From contig OZ024742.1 in the NCBI GenBank assembly GCA_964016885.1, forward strand, positions 360,220,001 to 360,284,000: DNA of 64,000 bases, in the 5' to 3' direction. A model generated the notes under the pieces. That model was not told the DNA's origin. It was given only the letters and a program-made list of their open reading frames with translations, and did no database searches. The stretch's first letter is position 1; each line of letters begins with the position of its first letter. Below are positions 53,890 through 64,000 of this stretch, piece by piece. The position numbers were made by a program, and so were the translations under genes. The stretch is from Eledone cirrhosa (Eukaryota).

Positions 53890-53929
<40 letters not shown>

Positions 53930-53978
53930 ATATGTATGTATATGTATATATATATATATATATATTTGTATATGTATG

Positions 53979-54067
<89 letters not shown>

Positions 54068-54106
54068 ATATGTATGTATATGTATATATATATATATTTG
54101 TATATG

Positions 54107-54142
<36 letters not shown>

Positions 54143-54143
<1 letters not shown>

Positions 54144-54700
54144 GAAACAAAGTACCATGAAAGTTGAAGCACCTCAAAGGTCAATTACAAAAAACCTAGA
54201 TGGCATGACAGGCCTTGACTTTTGGAGTCGATTAGAACAACTCAGACTGTATTCTCTCCAACGACGCCGTGAGCGCTACATTATCTGTATGATGTGGAAA
54301 ATATTCCATCAGCTTTGCCCAAATGATGTTGGCATCACCTTTAGTGTACACCCAAGGCTTGGGCCCCGTGCTATCCGCCCACGACAAAAAATCCCACTCG
54401 CATCACATAACAATACGGCACAATTATTTCACCTCAATTGGCCCTGCACTCTTTAACATTACACCAAGACACATCAAAGCAGAGACAGACCCCATCAAGT
54501 TCAAGAAGTCTTTGGATAAATTCCTTCAAGAAATCCCGGATAAGCCTCCTACACCCGGATATGCCTCCGTAAACAATAACTCTCCACCTGAGTGGGCCAT
54601 GGTGTCCAAATACTGATTTGTAAGACTTCGCCAGGTGGTGCTATTAAGTTAGACATGGCCTGGGCCAATACTGGCCGAAACCTCTAAGTTATCAAAGTTA
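54143..54700 (+). mobile_element. 3' fragment of a CR1-group non-LTR retrotransposon
   Basis: [11 protein letters not shown]...[21 protein letters not shown], frameshift, then [15 protein letters not shown]...FKKSLDKFLQEIPDKP; short 3' UTR ending TAAGTTATCAAAGTTA. Confidence 0.75.
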
Positions 54701-54718
54701 TATGTTTGTATATGTATG

Positions 54719-54796
<78 letters not shown>

Positions 54797-54837
54797 CATA
54801 CTCAATCATAACTTTATATCACCCTCAATAAATCTAT

Positions 54838-55120
54838 CTGTCTGATCCCTAAAGTAACTATATCCTGTCTGATCCCTAAAGTAACTATATCCTGTCTGAT
54901 CCCTAAAGTATCCATATCCTGTCAGATCCCTAAAGCAACTATATCCTGTCAGATCCCTGAAGTAACTATATCCTGTCTGATCCCTAAAGTAACTATATCC
55001 TGTCTGATCCCTAAAATATCTTTACCCTGTCAGATCCCTAAAGTAACTATATCCTGTCAGTTCCCTGAAGTAACTATATCCTGTCTGATCCCTAAACTAA
55101 CTATATCCTGTCTGATCCCT
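54838..55120. repeat. 27-bp minisatellite (~10.5 copies)
   Basis: Unit CTGTCTGATCCCTAAAGTAACTATATC. Confidence 0.97.
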
Positions 55121-55193
55121 ACACATACTAACATTATTCAAATAAATGGTAGTAGTGTTTGGTATCAGTTTATTAATACGGAGGCAAAGTCGT

Positions 55194-55301
55194 GCTAGCT
55201 CGGCTGTCTCCGTCAATGTTGTGCTAGCGATGTCATGGCTAGCTCGGCTGTCTCCGTCAATGTTGTGCTAGCGATGTCATGGCTAGCTCAGCTGTTTCCG
55301 T
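55194..55301. repeat. 44-bp tandem repeat (~2.4 copies)
   Basis: GCTAGCTCGGCTGTCTCCGTCAATGTTGTGCTAGCGATGTCATG at 55194 and 55238, partial third copy. Confidence 0.92.
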
Positions 55302-55499
55302 ATCTTTAATTCTTTGTTGATATTTTGTTTTGTTGTGTGACCCAGTGAGGATCAGTTAATTAAATTATGTCACACCAAGTGATGACGTCACTGATTTTTT
55401 ATGTCATGTTGTGATGACGTAGATTTTATCGGTCACAGAAATACATATCATGCAAAAATAAAGGAAGTTATTGGAATCCGGCCTTCTCGTGTTTTTCTT

Positions 55500-55537
<38 letters not shown>

Positions 55538-55615
55538 AAAAATTGAACGGGAACAAAACAGAGAGGCAGTACGAACAAAGATTTATTAGTTTCCCGCTCT
55601 TGAGAGTGGGGTGGT

Positions 55616-55718
<103 letters not shown>

Positions 55719-55788
55719 CTTAGAGTTTAGACTCAGAGAGGTCATTTACAATCATTTCAGCTCTAGGAATCGCTTCTGAGCAGTATAA

Positions 55789-56318
55789 ATTAATATTTGA
55801 TGAACATTTACATGTTATAGTTGCAATTGACTAATAAGATCGCTAGAGTGAAAAATCTTAATTCAACAACATAAGGTCTGCCTGTACGATCTAGAAAATA
55901 ATAAATCAATACTCACAGACTCATATGGGCAAAAAGCCTTGGTACCTAGACACGTTTAAAATTCAAAATACAAACTTTTTCCTCAGATCGGTCAGAACTT
56001 CAAACTTCAAACATGTTTCACAAAGGATGGTATAATAGTAAAATAATTAACTAATTAGCAGTGAGTTAATCAACTTTTTCTGTGTTTATCAATAGGTACC
56101 CAGATAAAAATAAAATAACTCAACCTTAGAAAAATATCTAAGGTCTGGTTAGCGTAGCGAAAATACACGAGGTTTTGCACACGGCTTATTCCAGTCCTCT
56201 AACGTCCCACACATAGTGCTAGAAATAACAGACCTTATGTTGTTGAATTAAGATGTTTCACTCTAGCGATCTTATTAGTCAATTGCAACTATAACATGTA
56301 AATGTTCATCAAATATTA

Positions 56319-56320
<2 letters not shown>
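55789..56320. repeat. Inverted repeat, 92-bp arms with ~350-bp spacer, ending at (TA)n
   Basis: 55789-55880 vs 56229-56320, about one mismatch. Confidence 0.95.
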
Positions 56321-56349
<29 letters not shown>

Positions 56350-56607
56350 AAAGAATAGAGGTGTAACACACAAGTTATTATATATTGGTAAACGGAATAG
56401 AAAATGCTGACAAATTGTTCACAGTTGAAAAATGGTTTAATTAGGAATAAAAGAGTATTAGTGATTGTATGGGTTAGTATTCAGTTGTGGTTTTAAGTTT
56501 TTAAGTTTTTACCGGTTGCGCATTTCTAAATGCTTTTCAAAAATAATTTTGAGATAGAGTGTCCGTGCTGTTTGCTCTGATCTGATTAGTTTTGGGAATT
56601 CTACCTG

Positions 56608-56820
56608 TTTTATATTAAAAAAGTGGCTCCAATTTGCAAAAATTCTTGTGGTCAAAACAATTTTGATTGGTCGGTAGAGGTCATGTGAATGTAAAAAATT
56701 GATTTTGCGCCAAGCCTTTTTTTATGTTAAAAAAGTGGCTCCAGCAAAAATTCTTGTGGTCAAAACAATTTTGATTGGTCAGTAGAGGTCATGTGAATAA
56801 AAAATTGGTTTTGCGCCAAG
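56608..56820. repeat. ~105-bp tandem duplication
   Basis: TTAAAAAAGTGGCTCCA..GCAAAAATTCTTGTGGTCAAAACAATTTTGATTGGTC.GTAGAGGTCATGTGAAT..TTTTGCGCCAAG twice. Confidence 0.9.
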
Positions 56821-56846
56821 ATTGAGAAATGACTCTTTCACAACAA

Positions 56847-56914
<68 letters not shown>

Positions 56915-56983
56915 TAGTAGTAGTAAGGTGTTCGATGTTGTGATAATGGTTAGCAGCGATGTGTGTCAAATGGCTATTAAGAT

Positions 56984-57059
<76 letters not shown>

Positions 57060-57237
57060 CAGAGTAATTCGTGGTGGCAGGGATAGTCAGTAAGAATGTG
57101 TCTGAAAGCAATGGGGGGTATTTTAGCATGTCAAAAGATATTTTTCAGCTTTTGTCTTATACGGAGAAGTGCGTGTGTGTGTGTGTGTATATATAAGTCT
57201 CTTTGTATGTTGATGTACGCGTGTGTATGTGTGTGTG

Positions 57238-57273
<36 letters not shown>

Positions 57274-57411
57274 GGTGGACCAGTATTTTTTTTTTTCCCT
57301 GGTAAAATGGTGTGCATTATTCGATTTTTTCAGTAAAATCGGTTCTCTTAATAGAACATCAAAAATCTTAACAATAAAAGGTGTGAAATGATATTCACTA
57401 TATATATATAC

Positions 57412-58235
57412 ACTTGTAAAACGAAACATACTACGAAAAGGCTGAACACTACAATCAACAGAAAATTATGAGAAACCTAAAAACTCTAATCAACCAATAC
57501 AAAGAAGGACTCACTAACAAGGAATTCAGCTTCATCACAGACTTCACAAGTAAATCCAGCCTTTTCTACGGTACCCCTAAAGTACATAAAAGCGAATCAA
57601 TAAGTAAGGCATGCAAGGAAGCCACAGACATAGTCATCAATGTCCCCTCACCCAATGATCTCAAATTAAGACCTATAATAGCAGGCCCCGCTTGCGAAAC
57701 GCACCGTCTTAGCAACTTCATTGATACCCTTCTCAAACCCTTCCTCAAGCACATCAAAAGCTATATAAGGGACGACCTAGATATGCTCAATCACCTCCCT
57801 AATATGCCACTTTCTGAACAAACCCTACTAGTGACGTTCGATGTAGTCAACCTATACTCCAACATCCCCCACAACCTAGGAATAGAAGCTATCCAATTCT
57901 GGCTGGATAATTTCCACAATGAACTCCCACAACGCATCAAAAAAGAATTCGTGATAGAGGGACTCAAATTTATCTTGGAGAACAATTACTTCGTTTTCAA
58001 TAACAAACCCTACAGGCAGAAATCTGGGACCGCTATGGGAACGAAAACAGCCCCCACTTATGCCAACCTAGTCATGGGATACCTGGAAATCGCCCTCTAC
58101 ACTAAAGTCCTAAACAAATTTGGAAACACCCTCCACTTACACATTGAAAGGAACTGGAAGCGATATCTAGATGACTGCTTCATCCTTTGGCACGAAAACA
58201 TCGAAAAACTTAAAGAATTTCACACCCTTATAAAT
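57412..58235 (+). mobile_element. Penelope-like reverse transcriptase fragment (Neptune-like, tentative)
   Basis: FYGTPKVHK, LRPIIAG, SYIRD, TFDVVNLYSNIP, NYFVFN, YRQKSGTAMGTKTAPTYANLVM, WKRYLDDCFILW; starts right after a short (TA)n. Confidence 0.9.
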
Positions 58236-59339
58236 GGGAAGAAAGAGGGTGGCATACGCCCCATCGTTGTGGGGCGTATGCTAAGGTGGTCTGCAGGTAC
58301 CTAACACCTGAACTGGATGAGGAGTTCAGTCCGGTGCAACTGGGTGTCGGCGTGTCCGATGGCTGTGAGGGGGTCGCACATGCAACCAGGCATTTCTTCA
58401 ATAGCTGCCCACCGGAACCGCCATCCAGGGACTCATTGTCAAACTTGAGGAATGCTTTTAACTGAATACGCCGGGACCATTTGCTCAATGCCTACCTCAG
58501 CCGACCCCCCTCCGCCTACCCGCTGGCCTACTTATCATATGGAGCCCCGAGCATGCTCCTTGGTGCTGACACGGTCATTACTTCGGCTACTGGTGTCCAA
58601 CAGGGCGACCCTCTGGGTCCCCTCCTGTTTGCCCTTGGTATAGACCACATTGCCCGGAGTATCACGGCCCCTCTCAACGTTTGGTACCTGGATGATGCTA
58701 CGCTGGGCGGGCCCGTGGAGACTGTCTGCCATGACCTCAATCGGTGGTTCCTGCCATGGCAGGAATCGGCCTCCAGGTCAACTCGTCCAAGTCGGAGGTG
58801 GTGAATGCCAGCTATGGTGCTGAGAGCTTTGCAGCCTCCGTCTCGAACGTGCGGTCCATTCTCCACCAGGTACAGGTGACCCCCAAAGAGGATATCCTCA
58901 TCCTCGAGTCACCTATTCACTCACCAGCCATCCGCTCTACCATCAGGTCTAGGCTCCAACAACTCCAGACCCTCACGAGCCGACTGGGCTTGATCGACGG
59001 CCACCCAGCTCTCTTCCTGTTGAGGAACTGCTTCGCCATGCCGAAGCTCCTCTACACCCTTCGCAGCGCTCCGTGCTACAGCCACGCATCTCTCCTCGCT
59101 GACCTCGATACATGTATCCGAGCGGCAACTGAGAAGATATACAACGTCAGGTTTGACGGCATTGGATGGCAACAGGCCACTTTACCTGTCAGATTTGGCG
59201 GCCTTGGCCTCCGGTCCCCGATCTCGCTGGCTTTGCCGGCGTTTCTTTCATCGGTAACCTCATGCCGCGTCCTCGTCAGCAGGGTTCTCCAAAACACAAT
59301 AGAACCCTCTGTATTCTCGGAACGTGAGGTCATCTGTGA

Positions 59340-59340
<1 letters not shown>
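58236..59340 (+). mobile_element. CRE-like non-LTR retrotransposon RT fragment (frameshifted, GC-rich)
   Basis: KKEGGIRPIVVG, QLGVGVSDGCEGVAHA, LRNAFN, GVQQGDPLGPLLF, WYLDD, GLQVNSSKSE, PKLLYTLR, QATLPVRFGGLGLR, spread over several frames. Confidence 0.75.
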
Positions 59341-59373
<33 letters not shown>

Positions 59374-59471
59374 ATTGGAAAATGTGTGAGATCCTTGGTA
59401 CAGTTAGGTATATTTGAAAAAAAGGAAAAGAATGACTTCACTTGTAGTCTTAAAAAAATTATGATTTAATG

Positions 59472-59530
59472 TTATAATATATTATGAGTTGGTAGATCCA
59501 GACTGGATCTACCAACTCATAATATTATAA
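59472..59530. repeat. Fold-back hairpin with 1-nt centre
   Basis: ATATTATGAGTTGGTAGATCCAG-A-CTGGATCTACCAACTCATAATAT. Confidence 0.92.
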
Positions 59531-59621
59531 TAATTCTAATTTTCAATTTCTGCTGGACCGGCGACCGCTCTGTATAATCAGTTCCTGATTATTACTGGAA
59601 TTCTATAAGAATACAACACAT

Positions 59622-59717
59622 AATTTTCAGCAAACAGGGAGAGTAGTAAGCTTTGATAAGAACCAACAGGTACAAAACAGAGCTCTATCAGCTTATCTCC
59701 CCTGTTTGCTAAAAATT
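59622..59717. repeat. Imperfect inverted repeat
   Basis: AATTTTCAGCAAACAGGG.GAG..TAAGCT..GATA vs TATCAGCTTATCTCCCCTGTTTGCTAAAAATT. Confidence 0.75.
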
Positions 59718-59817
59718 TAAGTAAATGACACTTTCACTACTTTAAAACAATAGCGTATGGTCTTCAAACTGCTTTTAATTAAGCATACAGTGTATTGCAA
59801 AATACACTGTATATACA

Positions 59818-59877
<60 letters not shown>

Positions 59878-59882
<5 letters not shown>

Positions 59883-60091
59883 TATGGAGCCCCGAGCATG
59901 CTCCATGGTGCTGACACGGTCATACCTTCGGCTACTGGTGTCCAACAGGGCGACCCTCTGGGTCCCCTCCTGTTTGCCCTTGGTATAGACCACATTGCCC
60001 GGAGTATCACGGCCCCTCTCAACGTTTGGTACCTGGATGATGCTACGCTGGGCGGGCCCGTGGAGACTGTCTGCCATGACCCCAATCGGTG
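59878..60091 (+). mobile_element. Second partial copy of the CRE-like RT core (matches 58533-58746)
   Basis: 214 bp with about four substitutions; SYGAPSML..GVQQGDPLGPLLF..WYLDD; directly follows (TA)n. Confidence 0.9.
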
Positions 60092-60674
60092 TATTAATCT
60101 CCAGAGTCTAGCTACTGAGCAGTTAATTTTATTGATTTTTTCAGTTACTTATATTGACTGTTGAATAGCTCTGTTATATTTAACCATTCTGTCGAGAGCT
60201 TTATTCGATTTGTGATATTTTGCATTCTCGCAATAATACACAACTGAATCATTCGCTTAATAGAGGTGTTACCTCCCTTGCTGAATCCCACGAGGGGTCA
60301 GTAATAGCCACACTATCTATAGCATCTTGGAGCAAAACCCGTTGATAACACGACTGCCTTGTTCATCATCTCACCAGAAGCCCAACATTCTTTATGTAGG
60401 CGGACAGTACCTGATTTGGAGTCGCAGAAACCAATACTGGATTTTACCATCAGTCCAGGGTCCGGGAAAGTATCAACACATATATTTTTATTGTTTGACC
60501 CGAATTACTTGGTCGTTTTGTTTTGGCTGTGCGGATGATATGTTTAACCATCATCTCAGTGTGTTTGGCCCTTAACGTATGTTGTAGCTCTGATTCATAT
60601 GATTCATCGAGCACTTGCCACACATATCGGACGTTGATTTTCGTTAATTCCTGAGCTGAAAACGATTCTCGCTA

Positions 60675-60760
<86 letters not shown>

Positions 60761-60979
60761 AAGGATATTTTCGAAACAGCGAGTTGGTTTGAAATTATTA
60801 GAAATGTAAGCTATCGCCGATATGAATACCCCCTCCGCCTCCGTGGTATTTTCTTCGTGGTTATAAGAGGCTTAGCTCTGTTTCTCGACTGTTATATCGC
60901 GTGACTATCTCCCCCTCCGCCTTTTGGGATTCTTTCTCACGTCGTGTAGACGCGTTCTTGAGACTAGTAAAATGAGGTA

Positions 60980-61067
60980 TCCTCTTGATAAGTCGGCAGA
61001 CCTCGCAAGGACTCTATATCTTTGATATATTGTTTTTGTTTATGCCACGAAACTACGTAGTCGAGGA
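60980..61067 (+). ncRNA. Hammerhead-like motif with altered core (TTGATAA), copy 1
   Basis: TCCTC TTGATAA GTCGGCA...TGCCAC GAAAC TACGTA GTC GAGGA; palindromic stem III ACTACGTAGT. Confidence 0.65.
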
Positions 61068-61571
61068 ATTTAGGAACAGTTTAGGTATGATACATTTTAT
61101 TACTAATTATATCTAAATGTTTCTTCTCTCTTCATAATGTATTTTTAACTCTGATACTGGTTCAGTCTGGTTCAAACTGAATTGTGTCTGTCCCAGTCAT
61201 TCATTGAGCAACATCGGTGAAGTTGGCACCCTTAACTCACAGTTGGGTGCGGATGCATTCATGTATATATGTGTATGTCCGCATGTATCTGTGTGTTTCT
61301 AAATATATTAATAACTCCCCCTGGTCGAGCAATCTTTGAAGTGTGGGGACAACTGGAAAGCTTCCATTACTCATACTTCTCGCCTTCTTCACTACCTCTT
61401 CTACGGCCTCGATATGAATACCCCCTCCGCCTCCGTGGTATTTTCTTCGTGGTTATAAGAGGCTTAGCTCTGTTTCTCGACCGTTATATCGCGTGACTAT
61501 CTCCCCCTCCGCCTTTTGGGATTCTTTCTCACGTCGTGTAGACGCGTTCTTGAGACTAGTAAAATGAGGTA

Positions 61572-61659
61572 TCCTCTTGATAAGTCGGCAGACCTCGCAA
61601 GGACTCTATATCTTTGATATATTGTTTTTGTTTATGCCACGAAACTACGTAGTCGAGGA
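61572..61659 (+). ncRNA. Hammerhead-like motif with altered core (TTGATAA), copy 2
   Basis: Same sequence as 60980-61067, shifted by 592 bp. Confidence 0.65.
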
Positions 61660-61884
61660 ATTTAGGAACAGTTTAGGTATGATACATTTTATTACTAATT
61701 ATATCTAAATGTTTCTTCTCTCTTCATAATGTACTTTTAACTCTGATACTGGTTCAGTCTGGTTCAAACTGAATTGTGTCTGTCCCAGTCATTCATTGAG
61801 CAACATCGGTGAAGTTGGCACCCTTAACTCACAGTTGGGTGCGGATGCATTCATGTATATATGTGTTTTATTCAATAGTAATTG

Positions 61885-62066
61885 TTTCTACTTTAGGCAC
61901 AAGGCCAGCAATTATCCAGTGCATTACTGGTACTTTATTTTATCGACCCCGTAAGGATGAAAGGCAAAGTCAACCTCGGCGGGATTTGAACTCAGATTGT
62001 AAAGGGACGTAACTATGCTGGAAAGCATGGCGTCCGACACTCTACCAATACTGCCAATCCACCGCC
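61885..62066 (-). mobile_element. tRNA-derived SINE
   Basis: Minus strand: GGCGGTGGAT TGGCAGTATTGG (A box) ... GAGTTCAAATCC (B box) ... GCCTTTCATCCTTACGGGGTCGATAAAATAAAGTACCAG. Confidence 0.75.
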
Positions 62067-62719
62067 CTATTATATTCAATAATAATTTTACTCAGAATTA
62101 GTATCATGTCCATATTTGGAGGTAGTTGATGAACTAACGAATCAAATTGTTTTTTTCATATGGTGTTAAGATGAAAAGTAATAGACTTTAGTTGAGGTCA
62201 TGACTCTTTGAAAGGAATGGTTGAAAGGTGTTAGTAGAAATGGCATAACAATCTATTAGGAAGGAAGGCGATTGTCAAACTGATAGTTGAATGTATCTTG
62301 TATAGTGAATTTAAAAGGAATGTCAAAATAAATGTTGATTCGTGTTGTATTGAGTTTTAAGGTGAATATAAATTAATGTTATGGCTAGGAAAGATAATAT
62401 ATTAGAAGATGAAAATTATAATAAGATAATGTGATATAGCAATGCGATAATATACAACTTAACCAACAGAATATAGTACGGTGTGGTAAATTGCACTCAG
62501 TATAATATAACATATTATACGCTCTAAAATATTACTAAGTATGTTTATGCATAAACAATCAAACTCAGATAAGTACATGTTGGCATAGTTAAAACACATA
62601 CATTTCATAGTCTACAAAGTGCACATATTCACACCACATATGAGAGAGGTACAGTTATATTGATATCTAACCAAAATATACATACGTGCAAATAGATGCA
62701 AATTTAAATACACATCCAC

Positions 62720-62915
62720 ACGCATGCATATAATCATATATATACATATCCATATATATCTATATCCACACATACACATCTATACCCCCATATATACATA
62801 TACATATACACATACATACATATATATATACATATATATATATACATACATATATACATGTACATACATATACACACACACATACATACGTACATACATA
62901 TATACATACACATAT

Positions 62916-62960
<45 letters not shown>

Positions 62961-63085
62961 ACACACACACACACATACACATATATATATATACACACTT
63001 GTGTGAGTATATGTACACTCCTCTTACATGTGCACATACTCATATATAAACATTCATACACCTATACTCACATATACACACACAA

Positions 63086-63116
<31 letters not shown>

Positions 63117-63133
63117 CATACACATACACACTG

Positions 63134-63178
<45 letters not shown>

Positions 63179-63189
63179 CATACACACCC

Positions 63190-63239
<50 letters not shown>

Positions 63240-63240
63240 G
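62720..63240. repeat. Compound (TA)/(CA)/(TACA) low-complexity tract
   Basis: Mixed dinucleotide and tetranucleotide repeats. Confidence 0.9.
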
Positions 63241-63464
63241 GAAAGTTATATTTAAATTGTTGGGTTACAACTAGTAAATACATAGATGTTTATTTTTACT
63301 CATGCAATTACGGGTGGCTGTGTATCTTGTTGCCTTTGTCATTAACGCATTTCCTTTTAATGTTTTATTGTTTTCTGAGATTTATCTTAACCTACAACAT
63401 TTTCAACATATGGATTATATTGAGTTCTTCATACAGAATAGACCCCACAACTTACAGTGGATAC

Positions 63465-63495
<31 letters not shown>

Positions 63496-63512
63496 ACCTT
63501 CCAGTGTTCCAC

Positions 63513-63551
<39 letters not shown>

Positions 63552-63654
63552 TATTTTTGGGGACGATCGACTTTCGTCAAATCGGACCGAGGAAACAATG
63601 TTTCCGTTGGTCTTTCCAATTGCTAATACTATCTATCGGTCGCAACTCCAGGTA

Positions 63655-63768
63655 GAAGGAGCAACGTGAAATATAGTGTCTTGCTCAATGACATAACGCA
63701 TCGCTTGGTCCAAGAATCGAATTCACAACCTTACGATTGCGAATCCAATTCTCTAACCACTCAGCCAC
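63655..63768 (-). mobile_element. tRNA-derived SINE head fragment
   Basis: Minus strand: GTGGCTGAGTGGTTAGAG (A box) ... GAATTCGATTC (B-box-like) ... TTGAGCAAGACACTATATTTCACGTTGCTC. Confidence 0.7.
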
Positions 63769-63854
63769 AAGGTATATAAGGTATATACATATAATATATT
63801 AAAGTATGGGTTTAACAGAACAGGGATATCCGGACCATATTTATTTAAAATATC

Positions 63855-63907
63855 GTTATACATATTTCACTGAGGACTATCAGTTAAGATGTCTGAGCTC
63901 TTCAGAC
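63855..63907 (-). ncRNA. Hammerhead ribozyme motif (intact core, very short stem I)
   Basis: Minus strand: GT CTGAAGA GCTCAGACATCTTAACTGATAGTCCTCAGT GAAA TATGT ATA AC; same stem III and triplet as the 48815 motif. Confidence 0.6.
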
Positions 63908-64000
63908 CTTGTATCATGAAAAGAAAATCATTTTCGGGGAAATTATTGGATTTTTTCCGAATTTAAAGGTTTATTAGGAACTTTCAATGTTTATTTTAGG

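Larger units (their letters stand above)
49487..53893 (+). mobile_element. Near full-length RTE-clade non-LTR retrotransposon (5' boundary uncertain)
   Basis: APE plus RT ORF, ~400-bp 3' UTR ending GGACGTTAAACGTT(GAT)n, (TA)n on both sides. Confidence 0.9.
60818..61866 (+). repeat. Tandem duplication, period 592 bp (60818-61274 and 61410-61866); pseudo-LTR/retrozyme-like
   Basis: Two near-identical 457-bp copies separated by 135 bp; each carries a hammerhead-like fold. Confidence 0.92.

Noticed and set aside
55383-55390. CRE palindrome TGACGTCA as a regulatory site
   Set aside because: An isolated 8-mer is expected by chance, and no gene is nearby.
57468-58304. Functional PLE-CRE fusion protein
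   Set aside because: The fused frame ends after ~22 codons and the CRE part has several frameshifts.
60100-60670. Possible coding exon or transposon fragment
   Set aside because: No recognisable motif in the frames examined.

Overview
Eukaryotic, AT-rich, repeat-only window with no recognisable host gene. The repeat repertoire resembles cephalopod/octopus genomes (recalled, not verified). Positions 1-38957 are a ~580-copy tandem array of a 67-bp satellite with nested multi-monomer duplications (e.g. 20-, 35-, 37- and 40-mers) and a divergence gradient toward its right edge. Positions 39-64 kb are retroelement remnants packed between (TA)n/(CA)n/(TATG)n microsatellites: two Penelope-like (PLE) fragments (GIY-YIG end; RT core), a near-complete RTE LINE with a PHD finger inside its RT, a twin-primed inverted RTE fragment, R4/Dong-like, CR1-group and CRE-like RT fragments, and tRNA-derived SINE pieces. 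The most striking hidden signal is a dense set of type I hammerhead ribozyme motifs: six with an intact catalytic core, plus several decayed or variant ones. Most sit in short, ORF-less, (TA)n-flanked islands that are often fold-back or tandem duplications, suggesting several families of non-autonomous, microsatellite-targeting, hammerhead-bearing PLE/retrozyme-like elements. All folds were paired by eye; no database searches were run.
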